DNA of 64,000 bases from Macrostomum hystrix (GCA_950097015.1 CATNEN010000014.1:2232001-2296000); one strand, 5' to 3'; numbered from the stretch's first letter, positions 1 through 12,931 are shown. Notes: generated by a model from the letters alone, not told the origin. Translations and numbers: made by a program.

Positions 1-514
1 GGTCTACCGAACAATGTGCTCTTATGTCTTCCCAATCGAATAACTGCTTGTCCTGTCAAATGTACTGTAACTATGGATACTTTTTGTACTCTTATCGCTT
101 GCAAAGCTGTCAACCCCAGGTCAATATTGATTGATTGACTTGTGATTTGGTTGCTAAATGGGTAGAATAAAACAACACCTCACCGCTCGTGCCCCCTGTT
201 TATGACCTTGCTCATATCCTGCGTATGATCGAGCTCATGCCTTGCTTATGACCCTATTTATGACCCTGCTCATATCCTATTTATGACCCTGCTCACGTAC
301 CTGCTCAGTGGTAATGTGTTATTTACTGCTCATTTCTGAGTCGCGCATTAGTCCGGTAAATTTGAGGCACGAAAAGTAAAATAGTTTTCGAAGCCAAATT
401 TTCAGTCAATGAATTGGAAACTTTCAAATTGGAGTTTTTTTATTAATTAATTTTATGACAAAACCAGAAACTAACTACGAAACGGAATAAAACAGTCTAT
501 GATAGTACGGAAAT

Positions 515-1040
515 AGAGAGTGACAGACACAGAGTGACCTAGATGGAGAGTGACAGACATGGAGTGATCTAGATGGAGAGTGACAGACACAGAGTGATCT
601 AGATGGAGAGTTACAGACACAGAGTGATCTAGATGGAGAGTGACAGACATGGAGTGATCTAGATGGAGAGTGACAGACACATAGTGATCTAGATGGAGAG
701 TGACAGACACAAAGTGATCTAGATGGAGAGTGACAGACACAGAGTGATCTAGATGGAGAGTGACAGACACAGAGTGATCTAGATGGAGAGTGACAGACAT
801 GGAGTGATCTAGATGGAGAGTGACAGACATGGAGTGATCTAGATGGAGAGTGACAGACACAAAGTGATCTAGATGGAGAGTGACAGACACAGAGTGATCT
901 AGATGGAGAGTGACAGACAAGGAGTGATCTAGATGGAGAGTGACAGACACAAAGTGATCTAGATGGAGAGTGACAGACACAAAGTGATCTAGATGGAGAG
1001 TGACAGACACAGAGTGATCTAGATGGAGAGTGACAGACAA
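515..1040. repeat. 30-bp minisatellite (gagagtgacagacacagagtgatctagatg), about 17 copies, in the probable tyrosinase 3' UTR
   Basis: Direct tandem units starting 14 bp past the stop codon; minus-strand AATAAA near 440. Confidence 0.95.
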
Positions 1041-1054
1041 GGTGGATGCATGAT

Positions 1055-4000
1055 CTATCCCTTGGCGGCATGCGGGTGCTGCTCCAGGAAGCGGTTCAGC
1101 TGGTCCTGGAAGTGCCGGCTGTGCAGTCGGTACTGCGGATGCAGGAAGCCACGGCGGCAGTTGGTGAAGTGCCAGAGGCTCGGCTTAGGCAGGCGGCCCT
1201 CGGCCTCCAGGCGGCGCCGGACGGGTTCGCCGAAGTCCAGAGTGTCGTACTCGTAGCCGAGGGCGGCGATGTCGGTGAAGACCTGCTCGTGCCGGATCGG
1301 CGGGTAGAAGCCGACCATGAAGCTCTGGCGGTCGTGGCCCGGCGACACGTTGATGTTGGCCATTTCGAACGGGTGCGGATGGTGGCGGAGGAACCACATG
1401 TGGACGATGCGGCTGACCTGGGAGTGGTGCATGAAGAAGATCGGGTCGTTGGGCGCCGTGGCTGCGCAGCAGAAGCTGCCGGTAACGGAGTCGTGCACCT
1501 GGCGGCGGGGGCGGGACGGGACGAGCGACTGGTTTGGCGACTAGTTGCAGACACTCAGAGTGAAGCACTTTAATCAAGACGTCACTCTCTCCACCTGTCT
1601 GTCACTCTCCACCTGTCTGTCACTCTCCACCTGACTGTCACTCTCTACCTGTCCCTCACTCTCTCGAGATGTCTGTCACTCTCTAGACGTCCGTCACTCT
1701 CCACCTATCCATCACTGCACCTGTCAATCACTCTTCACCAATCCATCACTCTTCATCTGTCCGTCATTCTCCACCTGTCTGTCACACTCTCCAACTCTCA
1801 ACCTGTCTGTCACTCTCAATACCTCTCCATCTATCTGTCACTCACTCCACCTGTCCACCTGTCAATCAAAGCTGTAATCACAGCCCACCTTGTTGTGCAG
1901 GGTGCCAGTTGAGCCATAGAACTCGGCCGGTCCGCAGTGGCCCTCCAGATAGCGCCCGAAGCCGCAGTTGTCCAAGTCCTGCGCCGGCTTCTTGAACTCA
2001 TCCGGATAATAGAACCTGGGGATGCTGAGAGCAAAGTTCACCTCGGCAGTGGTTGGCAGGGACAGGTTCGTCCACTCGCGCACCAGCTTGCCGAAGCGCT
2101 CGGCGGCGTGGCAGCCGAAGCAGGAGCCAATCTCTTTGCGCTCCTTCGAGTCGGGTGATGTGCAGAACTCGTCCCAGTCGCTGAAGGGACTTTCCGGATG
2201 CACCCTCTGGCCGAAGGTGTCGCATTCGCCGGGGTCGCCGACGATGTCGTTGACGCAGACCTCGCACCAGGTGGCGTCGATCCAGTCCCAGTAAGGCAGG
2301 CCGAAGGTGGTCCAGTTAAAGCGCTCGACAGCGATCTTGTGCAGCTCTCGCTCCAGCATCATGGTGTAGTAGCGGTGCCAGGTAACGAACCCGGGACCTC
2401 CATGATTCAGGTCCAGGATACCAAACTGCTGGCACTGCTGGCTGCTCTGGAACAGAGTCCGGCGTGAAGCGTACCTGCGCGAACGGGGGAGTCAGGAAAC
2501 AGGTGTCATGAACAGGGGTGTCAGGGACAGAGGTGTCAGGGACACAGGTGGAAGGGACACCGGTGTCAGGGAAACAGGTGTAAGGGACACAGGTATCAGG
2601 GACACAGGTATCAGGGATACAGGTGTAAGGGACACAGGTATCAGGGACACAGGTATCAGGGACACAGGTGTAAGGGACACCGGTGTCAGGGACACAGGTG
2701 TCAGGGACACAGGTGTCAGGGACACAGGTGTAAGGGACACAGGTGTAAGGGACACAGGTGTAAGTGACACAGGTATCAGGGACACAGGTATCAGGGATAC
2801 AGGTGCAAGGGACACCGGTGTCAGGGACACAGGTGTAAGGGACACAGGTGTAAGGGACACAGGTGTAAGTGACACAGCTATCAGGGACACAGGTATCAGG
2901 GATACAGGTGTAAGGGACACCGGTGTCAGGGACACAGGTGTAAGGGACACAGGTGTAAGGGACATATGTGTAAGGGACGCAGGTGTAAGGGACACCGGTG
3001 TCAGGGAAACAGGTGTAAGGGACACCGGTGTCAGGGACACAGGTGTCAGGGACACAGGTGTCAGGGACAGAGGTGTAAGGGACAGAGGTGTAAGGGACAC
3101 CGGTGTCAGGGACACAGGTGTCAGGGACGCAGGTGTAAGGGACACAGGTGTAAGGGACACAGGTGTAAGGGACACCGGTGTCAGGGACACAGGTGTAAGG
3201 GACACAGGTGTAAGGGACGCAGGTGTCAGGGACGCAGGTGTCAGGGACACAGGTGTAAGGGACACAGGTGTAAGGGACACAGGTGTCAGGGACACAGGTG
3301 TAAGGGACACAGGTGTCAGGGACACCGGTGTAAGGGACACAGGTGTAAGGGACACAGGTGTCAGGGACACAGGTGTAAGGGACACAGGTGTCAGGGACGC
3401 AGGTGTAAGGGACACAGGTGTCAGGGACGCAGGTGTCAGGGACACAGGTGTCAGGGACGCAGGTGTAAGGGACACAGGTGTCAGGGTCGCAGGTGTCAGG
3501 GACGCAGGTATCAGGGACGCAGGTGTAAGGGACACAGGTATCAGGGACGCAGGTGTAAGGGACGCAGGTGTCAGGGACGCAGGTGTAAGGGACACAGGTA
3601 TCAGGGACGCAGGTGTAAGGGACGCAGGTGTCAGGGACGCAGGTGTAAGGGACGCAGGTGTCAGGGACGCAGGTGTCAGGGACGCAGGTGTAAGGGACGC
3701 AGGTATCAGGGACACAGGTGTAAGGGACACAGGTGTAAGGGACACAGGTGTAAGGGACGCAGGTGTCAGGGACGCAGGTGTAAGGGACGCAGGTGTAAGG
3801 GACACAGATGGCAAGCTCAAAAGTCGGCAGCCAACCTGTGCACGTAGACCAGCCAGTAATGCACCGTGGCCGGCACGAAGGTCGGGTTGCGCAGCGGGTC
3901 GGACTGGTTGTTGTACTTCTCGATGAGCACAGAGTATGGCGACATCTTGACTCGCATGAGGCGGCTGATCTCGCGGTACCGGTCTCGCTCCTCCGGGCTC

Positions 4001-7000
4001 AGCGTGAAGATGTTGCGGCGCAGCCGGACGTCGCGCTGGTCGCAGTTGCGGCCGCGCCAGCCGAAGAAGCACTCGCCGCAGTCCGCGCCCCAGAAGCGAG
4101 AGTCGCATTGGCAGCCGTACTGGAAGAACCGGCTCGGCCACATCAGGCGGTCGTCTCTGCGGTGGAGAAACGTTCATTTCTACTTATAGTAGACTAACTA
4201 GCAACCAAGACCCCTTTGGGCGAAGCAAATTACGCTTTACAGTCCTGAAAATATGCAACTTCAATACTACGATTATATTTTCTTGATATCTCCTTGATAA
4301 ATCAAACTACCCCTTTGATATATCATGCTATCCCTTGACAAAGGTTGCTACCCCCTCGAAAATTCATGCTTCCTCCTCGATAATGTTGGCAACCCTCCTT
4401 CTAATTAATGCTACACTCTCGATAAGTCATGTTTTCCTAACGATAATTCATGCTACCCCTTGATAGTTCATGCTACCCCTTGATAGTTCATGCTTCCCCT
4501 TGATAGTTCATGCTTCCCCTTGATAGTTCATGCTTCCCCTTGATAGTTCATGCTACCCCTTGATAGTTCATGCTTCCCCTTGATAGTTCATGCTTCCCCT
4601 TGATAGTTCATGCTACCCCTTGATAGTTCATGCTTCCCCTTGATAGTTCATGCTTCCCCTTGATAGTTCATGCTTCCCCTTGATAGTTCATGCTTCCCCT
4701 TGATAGTTCATGCTACCCCTTGATAGTTCATGCTACCCCTTGATAGTTCATGCTACCCCTTGATAGTTCATGCTTCCCCTTGATAGTTCATGCTACCCCT
4801 TGATAGTTCATGCTTCCCCTTGATAGTTCATGCTTCCCCTTGATAGTTCATGCTACCCCTTGATAGCTCATGCTTCCCCTTGATAGTTCATGCTACCCCT
4901 TGATAGCTCATGCTACCCCTTGATAGCTCATGCTACCCCTTGATAGTTCATGCTACCCCTTGATAGTTCATGCTACCCCTTGATAGCTCATGCTACCCCT
5001 TGATAGCTCATGCTACCCCTTGATAGCTCATGCTACCCCTTGATAGCTCATGCTACCCCTTGATAGCTCATGCTACCCCTTGATAGCTCATGCTACCCCT
5101 TGATAGCTCATGCTACCCCTTGATAGCTCATGCTACCCCTTGATAGCTCATGCTACCCCTTGATAGCTCATGCTACCCCTTGATAGTTCATGCTACCCCT
5201 CGATAGTTCATGCTTCCCCTTGATAGTTCATGCTTCCCCTTGATAGTTCATGCTTCCCCTTGATAGTTCATGCTACCCCTTGATAGTTCATGCTACCCCT
5301 TGATAGTTCATGCTTCCCCTTGATAGTTCATGCTACCCCTTGATAGTTCATGCTTCCCCTTGATAGTTCATGCTTCCCCTTGATAGTTCATGCTTCCCCT
5401 TGATAGTTCATGCTTCCCCTTGATAGTTCATGCTTCCCCTTGATAGTTCATGCTACCCCTCGATAGTTCATGCTACCCCTTGATAGTTCATGCTTCCCCT
5501 TGATAGTTCATGCTACCCCTTGATAGTTCATGCTTCCCCTTGATAGTTCATGCTTCCCCTTGATAGTTCATGCTACCCCTTGATAGTTCATGCTACCCCT
5601 TGATAGTTCATGCTTCCCCTTGATAGTTCATGCTACCCCTTGATAGTTCATGCTACCCCTTGATAGTTCATGCTACCCCTTGATAGTTCATGCTACCCCT
5701 TGATAGTTCATGCTTCCCCTTGATAGTTCATGCTTCCCCTTGATAGTTCATGCTACCCCTTGATAGTTCATGCTTCCCCTTGATAGTTCATGCTACCCCT
5801 TGATAGTTCATGCTTCCCCTTGATAGTTCATGCTACCCCTTGATAGTTCATGCTTCCCCTTGATAGTTCATGCTTCCCCTTGATAGTTCATCAATTCCCT
5901 TGATCGATAACTCATGCCTCCCATCGATAACTCATGCTTCCCATCGATAACTCATGCTTCCCATCGATAACTCATGCTTCCCATCGATAACTCATGCTTC
6001 CCATCGATAACTCATGCTTTCCATCGATAACTCATGCTTCCCATCGATAACTCATGCTTCCCATCGATAACTCATGCTTCCCATCGATAACTCATGCCTC
6101 CCATCGATAACTCATGCTTCCCCCTTGATAATTAATCCTACCCTCTCGATAATTCATACTTTTCCCTCGCTACATCATGCTTCCCCTGGATAATTGATAC
6201 TATACTGGACCTTCAGTTTTATAGTTTTCCTCCGTTAATTCATGCCTAACCTCATTTATGCCTAACCTCAATTATTTATTCTAACCTTCTATAATTTTTA
6301 TTACCCTCTCGATAATATGTGCTACCCCTTGATTATTCATGCTTCCCAATCGATAATTTGTGCTACCCCTTCGATAGTTCATACTCCCCCCTCGAAAAGT
6401 CATGCTTCCCCGTCGAAAAGTCATGCTTCCCCGTCGAAAAGTCATGCTTCCCCGTCGATAACTCATGCTGTCCCTCGATAATTCATACTTTTCCCTCGTT
6501 ACTTCATGCTTCCCTGGATAAGTTATGCTTTCCCTAGGTTATTCATGATTTTCCCTGGATAATTCATGCTCCCACCTCGATTATTAATGCTTTTTCCTAG
6601 AAATATCATGATATCCCATGGAAATCTCATGCTATACCCCGGAAATCTCATGCTTTTTCCTGGAAATCTCATGCTATCCCCCGGAAATCTCATGCTATAC
6701 CCTGGAAATCTCATGCTATACCCTGGAAATCTCATGCTATACCCTGGAAATCTCATGCTATACCCTGGAAATCTCATGCTATACCCTGGAAATCTCATGC
6801 TATACCCTGGAAATCTCATGCTATACCCTAGAAATCTCATGCTTTTCCCTAGAATTATCATGCCTTCTCCTCGAAAAATAATCTTCAGAAACCTCATGCC
6901 CATTCACCTGATACCAGATGCTATCCATTGATATAACTTTATTGAGCTATATCATTTACTTTCATGATTGATTTTGTTGAAATCTTCTGCTCTTAAAATA

Positions 7001-7761
7001 TCGAGCAATAATGCTAGCTGCTATGCTCGAAAAACGCTTAATTAAAAAATTGGTATGGCTGTTTGTTACCCTCAGAAACAATGTCTTTTGTTTTTAACCT
7101 AATATAAAGGCTGCAGTTCAGGAGGAGAGGTCTCGCTAGCATTGAGCATCGAGACCTGTTCAGTGCTATGCCAATGCACGCGCGGGCGAGAAAAAACACC
7201 GGTGCAATCTAAGAAAACTGACAGTGCCCGGCCCTATTCCAATTTAACCTTAATTGGCCTCCTATTGAAAGCAATCGTTTTCCGAATATTTAATACCCTT
7301 GGCATTGAGACAGAATGATAAAATTTGATCAGTCTAATCTAATGCTTGGATGAATGGCACTTTCTGGTGAAAACACGATAAAAATTGATCAAATGGTTCA
7401 AACGATAGAGCGTATATAGCTCGTATATACATTCTGAAGACATTCAGTATAGAAAAATGATGAGGATAAATAATTGGAATCGGTGCGTTGTGTCGTGAAG
7501 GCAATAGCCTCACCTGGCCAGTCCTGGGTGGTAATTCTCGAACTCTTTGTAGGGCTGCACTTTTATGCACTCGCCGCGGCCCCTGCCGCCGCAGGGCTGG
7601 CTGAAGCCGTGAGGCACCGGGCAGCACACGGACACGCGGTTGGTCACGTTGGCAACGCAGATGGTTGGAAGCAGGCCGAGTGACGGCTGGGGCTGATGCA
7701 GCAGCAACACGCAGAGCAGCGTCAGGGCCGTCGGAGAACGCAGCTGGCGTGTGTCGGTCAT
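1055..7761 (-). CDS. Tyrosinase-family type-3 copper protein, 4 exons, about 532 aa, signal peptide, no C-terminal TM helix
   Basis: Exons 7761-7514, 4156-3836, 2474-1889, 1498-1055 join in frame at GT-AG sites. Contains a Cys-rich EGF-like region (DDRLMWPSRFF..CQC..FWGADCGEC), CuA histidines (VHRYASR, NHEGPGFVTWHR) and CuB histidines (LHNKVH, NDPIFFMHH), plus LPYWDW. Confidence 0.93.
1580..1865. repeat. Degenerate ctctccacctgtctgtca repeats in tyrosinase intron 3
   Basis: Repeated motif that is the reverse complement of part of the 30-mer at 515-1040. Confidence 0.8.
2490..3807. repeat. 15-bp minisatellite (agggacacaggtgtc/a), about 88 copies, tyrosinase intron 2
   Basis: Tandem units with variant blocks; gacac variants dominate on the left and gacgc on the right. 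Confidence 0.97.
4442..5890. repeat. 20-bp minisatellite (tgatagttcatgctwcccct), about 72 copies, tyrosinase intron 1
   Basis: Tandem units seen directly. Confidence 0.97.
5905..6850. repeat. Two related arrays: 20-mer ccatcgataactcatgcttc (5905-6120) and 21-mer tggaaatctcatgctataccc (6618-6850)
   Basis: Both share the tcatgct core with the 4442-5890 array and are separated by degenerate copies. Confidence 0.9.
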
Positions 7762-8706
7762 GACGGAACCGCGAGCTGCTGCGCAATGGCTCTTTGAGCT
7801 GAGTGCAAGTAAATAGTGCAAGTAAATAGAATGCTGACAAAGTTTCAGTGAAGGGCAGACCGCGCTATATTGGGCTACGGGTTAAATGGCCGCTCCATTT
7901 GACCTCTGCAGTTTAATTACAACCCCTCAACATTACAGCTGGAGCCTAGACCGCTCCTGATTGGCTGGTTCACTCGGACTCAGCTGAATGTACACTGAAA
8001 TCTCGTCCCTGTCAGAGTGAAAGCATCGCCCACCGGAAGTCTTTAAATTTCGATTGGTTGAAACTTGAAAGTGAAGACGCGGCTTATAGGGCAGGCTTAT
8101 TTTAGCGATGCTTAATAATTACTTTATCTTTATGACCTTTCTTGGATCACTGAACTTGACTCACAGAATATGAATGTAGTCCACTTTTAGAAGCCCTAGA
8201 ACTAATATATACGAACAAAACAGTAGCAATAACAGAGTACAGGTCTGATCGCTGAATGCAGATGGGATAGTCGAGTGAAGAAGCCAAAATGTAAAAGAAT
8301 TTAAACAGAAAGGGTCACTAGCAGTTATGCAATGCTGCCATGGAGACAGCAGATCATTAAGGGCCAGTTGGTTGCACCAACTTAGCCAGCTAAAAGAACC
8401 AGGCGTTTGCTATTTTATATTTGATAGTTGTTACAAACCCTTAGTAGAACATGTCGCCACAACATCAGGCATAAAACACAAGAGTAGCCAGTAGCTATTA
8501 CATCATAAATCCGACTCAAAGCCTGGTGGTATATAGTGCGAGTACAATAGAGCTTAGAATGGATTAATCGGAATAAGAAACATGGGTTTAATTATGGAGG
8601 CGAAATGATTAGAAAGGACAGCAACAAGACAGCAAAGTTGACATCCCATCTGGTAAACAGTTCGCTCAGCAAATTGTACTTTACAGTCAGCGCCAGCCTG
8701 CCCGAT

Positions 8707-9669
8707 TCACCTGTAGGACGCCGTAGAAGGCGGGGCGCCTCCAGCGGGCCGCCAGGGCGCCAGCAGGCCGGGTCGGGACGCGCCGGGCAGCTGAGGCGGT
8801 GGCAGCAGCGGCGGCGGCAGCGGCGGAGCAGCCGAGGTGACGGTCGGAGCCGCTGCTTGCTGGGCCCGCTTGACTGCGCCGGAGGCCAGCTTGAACTGGC
8901 TGAGGCAGGCGCGCCGCTCCTCCAGCGAGATGTCCTCGTCCGGGTGGACGAGTCGGGCCGGCAGGCCGCCGGACGCGGCCGAGTTGGCGGCCGAAGCCCA
9001 GGGCTTGGCCACGCGCGGGTAGGTGCTGAGGTCGGAGCTGAGGCCCAGATTCGCCTTGTGCGACGCCTGCAGCGGCGCCGGCGCGGAGAACGCTGGCAGC
9101 GGAGGCGGCAGAGGCGGCACAGGCGGGCGCTGCAGATGGTGCTGGGAGGATGAGGCCAGGGCGAACGGCTGCAGCAGGGGCGGTGGAGGCGGCGGCGGCG
9201 GCGGGATGGCGGTGCCGAAGGGCATGGCGATTGGAGGCGGCGGGAACGGCATGCCGGGTGGCGGCAGCGGGATGCTCATCGGCGGAATCCAAGGCGCGTC
9301 ACCAGCGTACTGCTGCTGCTGTTGCTTCTTCCGCTTCTCAGGCGGCTGCTGCTGCTCTGCCTCGGGGTCCTGGCCGCGCTTCATGAGCCGCCGGGCCTCC
9401 TGGTCCTCCTCGGGGACGCCCTGCATGCCGTAGATTTCGATTTCCACGGAGGTGCGGCCCTGCACAGCGTTGGGGATTTCATCCACCTTCTCCTTGTGCA
9501 CCTGGTTGCAGTGGATTACCAGGCCAGGGCCAGTGAACAGTTTGCGATGGCAGACGTGACACTTAAAGTGCTTGGCCTTCTGGTGGTCGATAAGGATCTT
9601 CTCGTCCTCGAACTCCCTGTTGCAGTACCAGCACCAGGGCTTGATCTGCTTCTTCTTCTTTCGGCCCAT
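8707..9669 (-). CDS. ZNF207: BUB3-interacting GLEBS-motif zinc finger protein (BuGZ), 320 aa, intronless CDS
   Basis: N-terminus [37 protein letters not shown] with two zinc fingers, a Pro-rich middle and the GLEBS motif [15 protein letters not shown]. Confidence 0.95.
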   Translation of the reverse strand: MGRKKKKQIKPWCWYCNREFEDEKILIDHQKAKHFKCHVCHRKLFTGPGLVIHCNQVHKEKVDEIPNAVQGRTSVEIEIYGMQGVPEEDQEARRLMKRGQDPEAEQQQPPEKRKKQQQQQYAGDAPWIPPMSIPLPPPGMPFPPPPIAMPFGTAIPPPPPPPPPLLQPFALASSSQHHLQRPPVPPLPPPLPAFSAPAPLQASHKANLGLSSDLSTYPRVAKPWASAANSAASGGLPARLVHPDEDISLEERRACLSQFKLASGAVKRAQQAAAPTVTSAAPPLPPPLLPPPQLPGASRPGLLAPWRPAGGAPPSTASYR

Positions 9670-11514
9670 CCTGCCGGCTGCGGCCTCGGCTCTGGGAGGC
9701 GGAGGGGGACAAAGAGCACAAACTGGCTGAACTCACGGGAGGCTGGACTGGCAGGGCTGAGCAGTGACGATCGGGAGTGCCGCGGTGTCAGCGCACTGTC
9801 TGCAATTCGGGTTCCGAGTTTCAGCACTTCAACTAAGCAGTCCAAGAATTTCAAGTTAAAACAGCCGAAACAATTGTAGAATAGGAATAACCAAAACAGC
9901 AGAAATGATAACCTCAATGCAATGCAAATAGGTTTAAATAATGGACAAAGTTAGGCTAATCTGGCTACAAACTCTAGGCAATCAACTTAAAGCATTGTCT
10001 AGGTTTAACAGTCGGCTTACTGTTCTCGGCTTATTCGTGAATGCTCAGTTGGAACAGCAAACTCTCCGTCTACACAAGCCGCGACGAGTAACTGAAAAAT
10101 GATTTGTTTAGAACGCAAAGTCGGCAGTACTAAGAGTAGTATTATAATTTGCATCAACTGATTTGTCTAGCTTACCAGCTTGCAAGCTCATTGCATCCAA
10201 GGATTGATTTGAAATGTGCTAAAAAGTCAATTTGAAAACCTATGAAAACAAGACTTACCCGACATCAATTGATAGCTCAGAGTGCAGGCTTAACTACCCC
10301 CAATCTGGGAGGCCTGAAAGCTAAGCCTCATGCATGTTGAAAACAATTTTTGTACTAGGTAAAAGCATTGAATTTAATAGACTTACTTTGTCACTGATGC
10401 AATAATTTACATTGGCATACCATAAGACAGAAATGAGATTTGGGATTATCCTGTCTTATTTATATTTATAATATTTAGATTATATATATATATACACATC
10501 CTTTTTGAGCAAATCTTGTTGGCTAGTTTTATGCTTAAACATCTGTTGAGTACAAGGAATTTCTTTAATGCGAATATACACCAAGTGACCAGAAAGCTGA
10601 ATGTCTAGAAATATAGCTACTTATTAGTGAAGTAAAAGCTAGAATATCTAGACATAAGATTCTTAATAACAATAAAAATAAAGTAAAAAAACACAACAAA
10701 AATTAAGAATTGTAACTAAGGAATAGGCCCAAGCTAAAAACTGTTAAAATAGGCCTTGACCAATTTTGTAGCCTTTGTTGTAGATAGCAATTTAGGGGTT
10801 TATGAGACCTTTACTAGTATTCCATGTTTACTTATTTGAGAAAAAAATCTGTGTGTGGAAACCCTTTAGCCTTTAGGCTAGTGGCGTGATTTCTATATTA
10901 CTTAGACCAAAAAGGCTATTAAACTCAGATCTGGGAAACCCTATTGGAGCCAATATGGGTTTTTGCGGACAGCGTCCGGCGCGCTTATGAAAAATTGCCT
11001 GCGCAGCTGCGCAGAAAAAAATTCCTGTCTGCGCAGCCGCGCCTTGTGTGCGCCTTAGCTGTTCTAATTATAGAAATACACTACAGAGATCAAAAAAAGG
11101 TCATTTGGTATATGCGTCCATATTTTTGCAAAATCACCACGTACCTGTTCTATTTTTAGAAATACACTATGGAGATCAAAAAAAGATCTTTTGACATTTT
11201 TTCATGAAATCAATTATTGAAATCTACATTGAGTCAGACTGAAGATATATAGCAATTGCGGATTTGCACTCTTTTTCTTGAAACCAACTGCACACCTGCG
11301 CGTCTAGCAGGAGTGTCCGCAGCTTTTATAATTTGCTCCATTAGGGCTGGGAAATATATAATCCTAATCAACTGAAACTGTCTACAGCTAAAGCTGTCTG
11401 CCTGTTCACAATAGTAACCACTGGTACAAATAAGTATGGCTTATCCTACAGAATTGTTTGTAATTTTTTTCTTAACAGGCATAGGCCTAACTTGTATCTT
11501 AACTCTGACATATA

Positions 11515-11898
11515 TGTAGTAGGGATGCTTTTATTATTTCTTTAAAGTCAAATTCGTGCCTATGCTTTTTGTTTGAATGCGCAAAATATTTTTTATATGT
11601 AAAATATTTTAAATATTTTGTCAAATTCGTTTACTTTAACAAACATTTTCTTTTGTGTATATAAACGAGTGTAATTCAGTTGAGACAAATCAACGTGCCA
11701 GTGTGGCGAAAAGCAAATAAGCTATTACTGAAGAAGAAAAGTGTTGAGTTGGTTATTTGAGGCTGTGACCCTCTGATCCACAGAAAACGCCCAGCAAAGA
11801 CTGGAGAATAGTAAGCCAGTGCCTTAAAAGGTTAAACCGCTCGTGCCGAGTGATACGCTACCATTAGAGAGAAAAGTAGAGAGACAAGCCCTGTTACA
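11515..11898 (+). repeat. 5' LTR (384 bp)
   Basis: TGTAGT...TTACA; no differences from the 3' LTR by eye. Confidence 0.97.
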
Positions 11899-11902
11899 AC
11901 TT

Positions 11903-11914
11903 TGGTGGCAGCGG
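11903..11914 (+). promoter_or_regulatory. Primer-binding site complementary to the 3' end of tRNA-Leu
   Basis: TGGTGGCAGCGG is the reverse complement of CCGCUGCCACCA, the 3' end of eukaryotic tRNA-Leu(NAG); lies 4 nt after the 5' LTR. Confidence 0.8.
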
Positions 11915-11958
11915 AAAGGATCAGAGAAACAGCGAAATAACCCCATTGAGGAGTAACA

Positions 11959-12867
11959 ATGGATCAAGCTCAAGTACAAGATTTGATGGCTGTACTCGCG
12001 GAAGAGCTGAGAAATCGGTTGGAGATTGCTCCAACACGCCATGTGAAGATCCAAAAGTTCACACCTAATCAGGATATTCGGGTGTGGCTCACCGCATTTG
12101 ATCAAAGATGCGAGACAGAAGGAATTGATGTGGACCATCGAAAGCAGGAATTGCTTGCCAACTTGGACTTGTCCACAGTATTTGCCTCTGTACAGAGAAT
12201 GAACCTCCCAGAAAACCTTGACTACGAAGAATTCAAGGAGCGGATAGCAGAAAGATTCGGACGAACTGGAAGCCCAGCAGAATTCAGAGAAGAGTTTCGA
12301 GGAAGAATGCAAGGCAAGAATGAATCGGTAGAAGCCTATTCAGATAGTCTGATTGAACTGGCTGCCAGAGCCTTCCCAAACATGACAATGGAGCAACGAG
12401 AAGATGAACTGGTTGAGCAATACATCAAGGGAGCCAAGATATCCGCTGACATGAGGGAGAAACTAATCTTTGCTCAGCCTGCCAATCTACAGGAACTAAA
12501 GAGAATGCTTAGAAGGTTGGAAGCCGCCTGGAGCATGACACACAAAGGTGCCGGAGTAAGGATTACCAGAAATGGTGAAGAGGAAGAGGAGTCTCTAAGG
12601 GCAACAATTGTGAAGCAGAAGGAAGAAATTGAAAGACAGCAGAAACTCTTGCAGGAGCTCACCAGCAAAATGGCTGAGAAACAGTACGTACCAAGGAAGC
12701 CATATGTACCTAAGTTCCTGCAACAGCAGAATACGCAGTACAATGGGCCGCAATTCTTGAACCAGAACCGAACCTGCTTCAACTGCGGAAAACTCGGCCA
12801 TATTGCCAGATTCTGTCCTATGAGGATGGGCAACGGTCAGCAGAACTTCCAGAACCAGGGAAACTAA
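11959..12867 (+). CDS. gag: Gag, 302 aa, with CCHC zinc knuckle
   Basis: ORF follows the primer site; CFNCGKLGHIARFC knuckle and a coiled-coil segment. Confidence 0.95.
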   Translation: MDQAQVQDLMAVLAEELRNRLEIAPTRHVKIQKFTPNQDIRVWLTAFDQRCETEGIDVDHRKQELLANLDLSTVFASVQRMNLPENLDYEEFKERIAERFGRTGSPAEFREEFRGRMQGKNESVEAYSDSLIELAARAFPNMTMEQREDELVEQYIKGAKISADMREKLIFAQPANLQELKRMLRRLEAAWSMTHKGAGVRITRNGEEEEESLRATIVKQKEEIERQQKLLQELTSKMAEKQYVPRKPYVPKFLQQQNTQYNGPQFLNQNRTCFNCGKLGHIARFCPMRMGNGQQNFQNQGN

Positions 12868-12931
12868 AATACGAGGGACGTAAGTCGAGGCCCCGTTCCT
12901 CCGGAAAATCCTTTAACAAATTCCAGGCCTC
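12858..12931 (+). promoter_or_regulatory. -1 programmed ribosomal frameshift signal (G GGA AAC plus predicted H-type pseudoknot)
   Basis: Slippery heptamer at 12858-12864 abuts the gag TAA; the -1 frame is stop-free into pol; stems gagggacg/cgttcctc and gaggcc/ggcctc. Confidence 0.8.

Noticed and set aside
10930-11340. Possible MITE (tgcggaca...tgtccgca) left of the LTR
   Set aside because: Only about 8 bp of inverted match and no target-site duplication.
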